DNA of 64,000 bases from Patescibacteria group bacterium (lineage in GTDB: Bacteria > Patescibacteriota > Minisyncoccia > Phycocordibacterales > UBA918): assembly GCA_019745315.1 (NCBI GenBank), contig JAIETH010000002.1, positions 98,306 through 162,305 of the forward strand, in the 5' to 3' direction. Below are positions 57,873 to 64,000 of this stretch, one piece after another. A program made the translations under genes and the position numbers. The notes beneath the pieces are model-generated. The model had not been told where the DNA came from. It searched no databases and saw only the letters and a program-made list of their open reading frames with translations. The number at the start of each line of letters is the position of its first letter. The stretch's first letter is position 1.

Positions 57873-58771
57873 ATATTCTCTAGGGAATTTTTTAAGGCAA
57901 TCAAGAAATACCCGGGCTCCAAAAGATCATAGGTAATTCCTTGAGAAGTAAGGTTGTTTGTAACTCCAATAAAAGCTTGTCCGAGCATCTCTGCCTCAGG
58001 AAGGTATTGCTGAAATCTCATGAGCGCAGGTAGTGGATCTGTTGGCATGTTACGCATTGCAAGTATGGTTGCATAGATAACCTGAAGTTGATTCAACAGG
58101 GCTAGATGTTCTTGGACAATGCTTTTGGGTACAACTACAGCGCGCACATCTTTGATAGTTCCTTCGTATGTTGCAATGATCGGATCTAGATCCTTTAGTT
58201 CTTCGTCATTTTCTGATTCAACTGCACGTTTAAATATTAGAAGCTCTCCTTCGTTTTTTAGTGGATGGTTAATAAATGCTGTGGCGAGACTATTGCCGTA
58301 GGCTCGTAGGGTCTCAGCATCTATTGCATTTGTCACAACAATATCTCTCTCAGTAAGGAGTCTGTCATTAACTACCATGTTCATGTCAACTAGGGAGCGT
58401 TCAAGCATTTTCTGCTTCTCTTCATCGGTCATTGATGTTTCTCCGGTCTTTTGGAGAAATTCACCAAAAAAGCGTTGTGCAAAGCGACTTGTGACAGTAT
58501 CAGGTACGGAAACAGGCTCAGCAGCTTTCTTTTTTGTTTCTGGAGAAGTATCTTTTACGAGAGGATTGGTGCCCTGGAGCTCCTCTTCCCAATCGAGTAC
58601 GCCATCGCCATCGGTATCTTTTACTCGTTGATAGTCGCGTGTTTCAGTTGAAGTGATCACTACCGCAGCGTTTTCCGTGCTGTCGCTCACTTGAGGACGT
58701 AAAAAGAGCGCGGTACCCATAAGTCCCACTGCGAGAAATGCAGCCCCTCCAATTTTCTTGTTCACACGCAT
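57869..58771 (-). CDS. Membrane-anchored protein with TSP3-like Ca-binding repeat
   Basis: DTDGDGVLDWEEELQGTNP. Confidence 0.7.
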   Translation of the reverse strand: MRVNKKIGGAAFLAVGLMGTALFLRPQVSDSTENAAVVITSTETRDYQRVKDTDGDGVLDWEEELQGTNPLVKDTSPETKKKAAEPVSVPDTVTSRFAQRFFGEFLQKTGETSMTDEEKQKMLERSLVDMNMVVNDRLLTERDIVVTNAIDAETLRAYGNSLATAFINHPLKNEGELLIFKRAVESENDEELKDLDPIIATYEGTIKDVRAVVVPKSIVQEHLALLNQLQVIYATILAMRNMPTDPLPALMRFQQYLPEAEMLGQAFIGVTNNLTSQGITYDLLEPGYFLIALKNSLENI

Positions 58772-58824
58772 GTTCCTGACACCTCTAGTATAGCAGGTGC
58801 ATACTTCTTTCTTCCTGGATCTTA

Positions 58825-59619
58825 TTACAAATTGGGTATTTCTTTCGCGAGTTCAACCCATTTTTCTATCGGTAAATCCTCTCCGCGAGCATCAGGTGGT
58901 ATTTTGAGGTTGGTAAAGATTGACACAAGGTTTTCTCGAGAGGTGAGCACAGAGAGATTGCCCAGCAAATGCTTTCGTTTAGCTTTGAGACCCGTCTTTA
59001 TCACAGTAAAAAAGTGATCTTCTGCAACTCCTCCCAATCTTTGTTTAGATATATTACTTATTTGCAGTATTGCAGAGTCTACTCCTGGTATCGGAGAGAA
59101 GTTTCCGCGGGAAACGGTATCGATATAGCGAGGTATGCCATAGATCTTGATCGAAAGAGATAGTATTGACTCCTTTTTGCTCCGCGCAATACGCTCTGCA
59201 ACCTCTTTCTGAACCAAAAAAACGATAGTCTCAGGCTGGTGGTTCTGTTCAAGCATGGCTGCAAAGAGCATTCCTGAGAGATAGTACGGGATATTGGCTG
59301 CCACTTTGTATTTTTCTGGCAAAGTAAGTGTTTGCAGGTCGAGCGTGCGCATATCTCCATGGACAAGCGTAAGAAGTCCGCTCCGTATCTCCTCTCTGAA
59401 AGTTTCTTCGAGGGTTTCAATTGCGCGAATATCGGCCTCAACAGCAATAACTCGTGCTCCTTCATGTATAAGAGCTCGTGTGAGCATCCCTGTTCCTGGC
59501 CCAATCTCAAAAACGGTATCACCCGGCGTTATGAGTGCAGATTGTGCTATTTTCTCTGCAATTTTGGGGTTAGTAAGGAAATTTTGCCCAAGAGATTTTT
59601 TGGCGAGGAATGGGTACAT
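58825..59619 (-). CDS. rsmA: 16S rRNA adenine dimethyltransferase
   Basis: KKSLGQNFL, EIGPGTG, ANIPY and QKEVAER motifs. Confidence 0.96.
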   Translation of the reverse strand: MYPFLAKKSLGQNFLTNPKIAEKIAQSALITPGDTVFEIGPGTGMLTRALIHEGARVIAVEADIRAIETLEETFREEIRSGLLTLVHGDMRTLDLQTLTLPEKYKVAANIPYYLSGMLFAAMLEQNHQPETIVFLVQKEVAERIARSKKESILSLSIKIYGIPRYIDTVSRGNFSPIPGVDSAILQISNISKQRLGGVAEDHFFTVIKTGLKAKRKHLLGNLSVLTSRENLVSIFTNLKIPPDARGEDLPIEKWVELAKEIPNL

Positions 59620-59674
59620 GGGTTTTAGTATAGCTCGCGCACTGTTTCGGTGAAAGAGTCTTTAGGGAGCCATC

Positions 59675-59743
59675 AGCGAAGTGGTATTGATATTTAAAAA
59701 CCAGACCTACCCCAACCTTTTTAAATATCAATACCACTTCGCT
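59675..59743. repeat. Perfect 26-bp inverted repeat with 17-nt loop
   Basis: AGCGAAGTGGTATTGATATTTAAAAA / TTTTTAAATATCAATACCACTTCGCT. Confidence 0.9.
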
Positions 59744-59760
59744 CCTTTCAAGAGAATTAT

Positions 59761-61698
59761 TTAGTCCAAGTATACAGTACGTTCATAACCAGACTCCTTA
59801 GGATTTGCTGAAACAATATGCGCCTCACTTATGTCTGAAATAAATGATGAAGGAGCATTAATGCGTTGACTGCCGTAGACGGTGCGGATTCCTGCAAATG
59901 AGAGAAATACTTTCTTTTCGGCTCGAGTGAGCGCCACATAGAAGAGACGGCGTTCTTCTTCGTCGTCTGTCTTTTCGTCTCCCATGCGCTCGTGTGGAAA
60001 CAGTCCTTCTTCGAGGCCAGCAATGAATACGTATGGGAATTCGAGTCCTTTTGCGGCGTGTACGGTCATGAGCTTCACCCCCTCTTTGTTCTGGTCTTTC
60101 TCATCAAGTGCGTCCTGATCGCTTTGGAGTGCTGCATCTTCAAGTAACTTCTCTGCACCAGTAAGTTCTGTGTACTCGTCGTAGCGTGTTGCGAGAGATA
60201 CGAGCTCTCCAATGTTTTCAAGTCGTTCAAGTTCCGCCTCCCCTCCTGTTTTGAGCTCACCTTCAAGTCCACTTGCGCGAATTATGTATTTGAGCGCTGT
60301 GGAGAGCGGTTTTGTACTGAGTTCCGCTCGTATTGTATCCATCATTTCATAAAATGCACTTACTTGTGCGCGTGTTTTGCCTGAAATAGTATCAGTCTTT
60401 CCTTCAAGAAGCTTAAGAACTGTCACTTTACCAATGCCGCGCGCAGGAACGTTAATGATCCGAGCAAGATCATTCGTGCTCTGGGGATTGAGTGCGAGGC
60501 GTACATAGGAAAGCACATCTTTTACCTCTCGTCGCTCAAAGAAACGAGTTCCCAACATCTGATACTGAACGTTATATTCAAGAAAAGCATCTTCTAATAC
60601 GCGTGATTGAAAATTTGCTCTATACAAAACGGCAATTCCTGAGGGATCTGCTCCATCGCGAATCAAGTCTCGTGCTGTTCGCGCTATGTAAGAAGCCTCT
60701 TCCGTTTCGTTGAATGCAGCATAGAGAGAAAGTGGCTCACCTTCAGCATTTTTTGTGAATACTGTTTTTGGTATGCGTTCCTTATTTTTTTCTATAACGT
60801 CATTAGATGCTGCAATGATTGTTTGTGTTGAGCGATAGTTTTCTTCGAGGAGAACCACTTCTGCGCCCTTGAAATGTCGTTCAAACTGAAGAATATTGTG
60901 CATATCTGCTCCACGCCACGAGTAGATATTTTGATCCACGTCCCCTACCGCGCAGAGATGCGCAGCTTCTCCTGCGAGGAGGCGCATAATCTCGTACTGA
61001 ACTTTATTCGTGTCCTGATACTCATCGACATGGATGTATCGAAAGCGTTCTTGGTAGTGTATTCGTACATGCTCATGGTTTCGGAGCATGGTAAGGGTTC
61101 GAAGGAGGAGGTCGTCAAAATCCAATGCTTCATTTTCTCGCAGTATGGTTTCATATCGCGCCCATACATCTTTTACCACACGCTCAATATAGGATGATGC
61201 TTTTTCTCCATAGTCCTGCGCTGTCTGGGCATCCCCTTTTGCTTTCGATATATGGCTCAAGATTTTCCGAGGTTCAAATTGCTTTGTACCATACCCAAGA
61301 GCTTCAAGCCCTTGTTTGACTGCGGTAAGAGAGTCCGCTCTATCATAGATGGTGAAGTGCTTCTTAAGGCCAAGTACTTGGTGTTGTTCCCGTAGCAACA
61401 TGACTCCGAGAGAGTGAAATGTTGATACTGTCGGGCTTGTATCAGGGAGAATGCGACCGAGCGCCGGGTTTGTTTTAATGAGCTTTATAACTCGTTCGCG
61501 CATCTCACGCGCTGCTTTGTTAGTAAATGTTACAGCGAGAATGTTATGAGGTAGCACTCCTTTATCTATAAGATGGAGGATTCTGTAGGTAATCACGCGT
61601 GTTTTACCCGATCCAGCGCCCGCAAGTACCAACAGAGGGCCTTCTGTTTTCGTTACTGCACTTTGCTGTGCCTGATTAAGCTCTTTGAGATACTCCAT
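59761..61698 (-). CDS. pcrA: UvrD/PcrA DNA helicase
   Basis: AGAGSGKT, TFTNKAA, DEYQD, TVHAAKGLEF and YVALTRA motifs. Confidence 0.93.
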   Translation of the reverse strand: MEYLKELNQAQQSAVTKTEGPLLVLAGAGSGKTRVITYRILHLIDKGVLPHNILAVTFTNKAAREMRERVIKLIKTNPALGRILPDTSPTVSTFHSLGVMLLREQHQVLGLKKHFTIYDRADSLTAVKQGLEALGYGTKQFEPRKILSHISKAKGDAQTAQDYGEKASSYIERVVKDVWARYETILRENEALDFDDLLLRTLTMLRNHEHVRIHYQERFRYIHVDEYQDTNKVQYEIMRLLAGEAAHLCAVGDVDQNIYSWRGADMHNILQFERHFKGAEVVLLEENYRSTQTIIAASNDVIEKNKERIPKTVFTKNAEGEPLSLYAAFNETEEASYIARTARDLIRDGADPSGIAVLYRANFQSRVLEDAFLEYNVQYQMLGTRFFERREVKDVLSYVRLALNPQSTNDLARIINVPARGIGKVTVLKLLEGKTDTISGKTRAQVSAFYEMMDTIRAELSTKPLSTALKYIIRASGLEGELKTGGEAELERLENIGELVSLATRYDEYTELTGAEKLLEDAALQSDQDALDEKDQNKEGVKLMTVHAAKGLEFPYVFIAGLEEGLFPHERMGDEKTDDEEERRLFYVALTRAEKKVFLSFAGIRTVYGSQRINAPSSFISDISEAHIVSANPKESGYERTVYLD

Positions 61699-62083
61699 GG
61701 TTTCAAACTATAGCACGCGCATTCCGACTACAGGTGTGTATAGGCCTTTTTAAAAAACGCTCTTTTTTATTACATCTTTTAAAATAAGAAACAAAAGTAA
61801 TATCAAGTCAATAGCTTAAAAGTGACTGTATATAAGGGTGAAATACGCATTTTTTCTGTCTGTGGAAAACGTTGATGTATTCCATTGACGCACCTTTTGG
61901 GCGGGATATAGTAATGCTTGTCCACACGTTGTGGGCGTTCATCTGGGGTGATGAATAGAGCTGAGGCTCTATTTTCTTTCCTCCCCTTTCCCGAAAATAC
62001 AGTCACGGTTGTATGGCGGCGCGTCCGTAATAACACGACTTATTCAACCCTACTTTAAAAATCTAATGCTGCGCGCAAGGGCG

Positions 62084-63082
62084 ATGGCTGAAGTGACATA
62101 TACGTACAAACGAACGTCTCTCACGCGATCTTTTATCGTTTCAGCGTTGCTCCTCCTGTCTCCTCTCTTTGTGCATGCGGGTGTTTTTGATGCGCTCCTT
62201 GGTTTTGTTGCAGAGGCAGACTCTGCTCCTGTTGAGACTGCTGATAATCCTCAAACGATCTCTCTTTTGCATGGAGGTATGGGAACCGACGGTGCTCTAG
62301 GAGGGGGAGATATTCTGGTAAGTGAAGACGGTACCCTTGTGCCTGGTGGTCCAGGAGGTGGCGAGGTCGGAGATTACTCAGGAGAAATTAGTGAATATGT
62401 GGTGCGTGAAGCTGACTCGCTGTCTCAAATTGCCGATATGTTCGGCGTTTCCGTGAACACTATTCTGTGGGCAAATGAAATTAAGGATTCAAATACTATA
62501 CAGCCAGGTGATACCTTGATTATCCTCCCTGTCTCAGGTGTTCGCCATGTGGTGAAGGCGGGTGATACGCTCAAAGCGATTGCGGCTAAGTACCAGGGAG
62601 ATATTGATGATATTGTTGCGTATAACTTACTTACAGATACAACGAACCTTGTTCCTGGAACCACGATTGTCGTTCCGGGGGGAGAAGTTAAGTCTGAGAC
62701 TCCAAAGAAGGCTGCAGGAAAAGCAGCCGGTGGTGGCGGAAAATACTTTATACACCCACTTCCAGGATCAGTTCGTACACAAGGTATTCACGGGTATAAC
62801 GGTGTTGACCTCGGTGCTTCTGCTGGAACTCCAATACGTGCTGCTGCTGACGGAACCGTTATCCTCTCTCGATCAGGAGGATGGAATGGAGGCTATGGAA
62901 ACTATGTTGTGATTAAGCATGGAAATGGTACCCAGACACTCTATGCGCATAACAGTAGTAATGCTGTTGCTACAGGAGAAACTGTTACCCAGGGTCAAGT
63001 TATTGGCTATGTAGGTTCGACGGGCCGCTCAACAGGTATGCATCTACACTTTGAAGTTCGAGGAGCAACCAATCCTTTTTAG
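62084..63082 (+). CDS. LysM-M23 peptidoglycan endopeptidase
   Basis: Two LysM repeats; YNGVDL, GGYGNYV, YAH and HLHFE motifs. Confidence 0.92.
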   Translation: MAEVTYTYKRTSLTRSFIVSALLLLSPLFVHAGVFDALLGFVAEADSAPVETADNPQTISLLHGGMGTDGALGGGDILVSEDGTLVPGGPGGGEVGDYSGEISEYVVREADSLSQIADMFGVSVNTILWANEIKDSNTIQPGDTLIILPVSGVRHVVKAGDTLKAIAAKYQGDIDDIVAYNLLTDTTNLVPGTTIVVPGGEVKSETPKKAAGKAAGGGGKYFIHPLPGSVRTQGIHGYNGVDLGASAGTPIRAAADGTVILSRSGGWNGGYGNYVVIKHGNGTQTLYAHNSSNAVATGETVTQGQVIGYVGSTGRSTGMHLHFEVRGATNPF

Positions 63083-63100
63083 TCAGTCTCCATGGAAGAA

Positions 63101-63140
63101 TTATAAAAAAACCTCTAGATATCTAGAGGTTTTTTTATAA
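63101..63140. terminator. Bidirectional terminator
   Basis: AAAAAAACCTCTAGAT-ATCTAGAGGTTTTTTT palindrome between convergent genes. Confidence 0.75.
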
Positions 63141-63161
63141 ACATACTTTTGTTGGTATGGC

Positions 63162-63659
63162 TTACGGGCATCGCGCGACGCCACCACTTATAAGTGGTGC
63201 CCCCGTTGAACCAAAGTTGATAGACACTTCCTTTGCAGCGCCTCCCGCATCCACGCACCAGCCAGTATTTGATCCTGTTGGACTATGCAGAGGAAGTGCA
63301 AGAGCCCATGAGTCAGCATATACCGCACAAAAAGTGCGACCACTTGGTATGGTGCTTTGAATACTATTCATCATCACTCCAATGCCATCACTCAAAGCGT
63401 CATCAAATACTGTATTTAGGAGCAAATTACATTCACCAATGGTGTCTTGATGACTCGCGCTTCCAGTATTTGTATACGAACCACGGTTGGCAAAAAAGAG
63501 CGCGGCTTGTTTGCGTGCCTGCTCCATTTGAGACTTAATTGCAGCATCACGAGACTTAGTTCGTGCCGTACTGAGGCTTGTAAGTACGATGCTTGCAAGG
63601 AGGCCTATGATCGCAATCACTACAAGAAGTTCAATAAGAGTAAAGCCGGACTTTTTCAT
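63162..63659 (-). CDS. Type IV pilin-like protein
   Basis: G|[14 protein letters not shown] prepilin motif; WCVD C-terminal motif. Confidence 0.92.
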   Translation of the reverse strand: MKKSGFTLIELLVVIAIIGLLASIVLTSLSTARTKSRDAAIKSQMEQARKQAALFFANRGSYTNTGSASHQDTIGECNLLLNTVFDDALSDGIGVMMNSIQSTIPSGRTFCAVYADSWALALPLHSPTGSNTGWCVDAGGAAKEVSINFGSTGAPLISGGVARCP

Positions 63660-63704
63660 ATACGAAAATTTAAAATCACGTATATCAATACTATCACGAT
63701 AGTT

Positions 63705-64000
63705 CTATAGGCGTGTTCGGTACTGAAGGGCCTCAAGTATATGAGAAATTTCAATTGTATCTGAGCTAGCAAGGTCAGCGATGGTGCGCGCTACTTTAAT
63801 GGTGCGGTGATATCCTCGTGGAGAGAGTTTTAATTTTGTTGCAGATTCAGCAAGAATCTGAGCCACTTCTGCCCTAAGTGGAATATGATTTTCTATATCC
63901 CGTGCACTCATTGTCGCATTTGTTTTTATTTCAGATTGAAATCGCTCGCATTGCCGTGCACGTGCTTTGAGTATCGCGCTTCGCGCATGTGCGGTTTCTT
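63705..64000 (-). CDS. comM: ComM/YifB Mg-chelatase-like ATPase (3' end only)
   Basis: LSPRGYHRTIKVARTIADL...HILEALQYR. Confidence 0.85.
   Translation of the reverse strand, partial: ETAHARSAILKARARQCERFQSEIKTNATMSARDIENHIPLRAEVAQILAESATKLKLSPRGYHRTIKVARTIADLASSDTIEISHILEALQYRTRL

Noticed and set aside
46730-58771. Integrative conjugative element or plasmid
   Set aside because: No integrase, relaxase or att sites are seen; it is embedded among core genes as expected for the Patescibacteria T4SS.
1-64000. Stop-codon reassignment (code 25)
   Set aside because: Conserved genes are full length under code 11, and TGA ends genes with normal overlaps (e.g. 9369, 57869).

Overview
This window is chromosomal DNA from a small-genome Patescibacteria/CPR (Parcubacteria-like) bacterium. 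The assignment is inferred from gene content, the apparently leaderless gene starts and the Patescibacteria-type T4SS cluster. It uses genetic code 11 and spans the likely replication origin (dnaN-dnaA-rpmH-rnpA-yidC). Housekeeping genes include partial nrdA, rplS, rpsT, uppS, ruvABC, polA, murE, rsmA and pcrA. Also present are a PhrB-like photolyase cluster, type IV pilus genes, a VirB4/VirB6/PrgI/pilin cluster with a 373-bp exact duplication between two pilins, and seven tRNAs. Two features stand out. (1) Six of the seven tRNAs carry adjacent non-coding palindromic cassettes built from copies of that tRNA's own 3' end (inverted and/or direct). Most enclose one of two recurring hairpin modules, one of which has a covarying GTA-triloop stem. 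tRNA-Lys additionally has a ~90-bp-period upstream array of its own 5' half. (2) An accessory island between ruvA and murE surrounds a short Ser/Asp/Cys-rich exported peptide with AMMECR1-, PRTase-propeller-, rhodanese-, DsbA-, SDR-, 2OG-Fe(II)- and MBL-fold genes. All calls were made by eye, without database searches.
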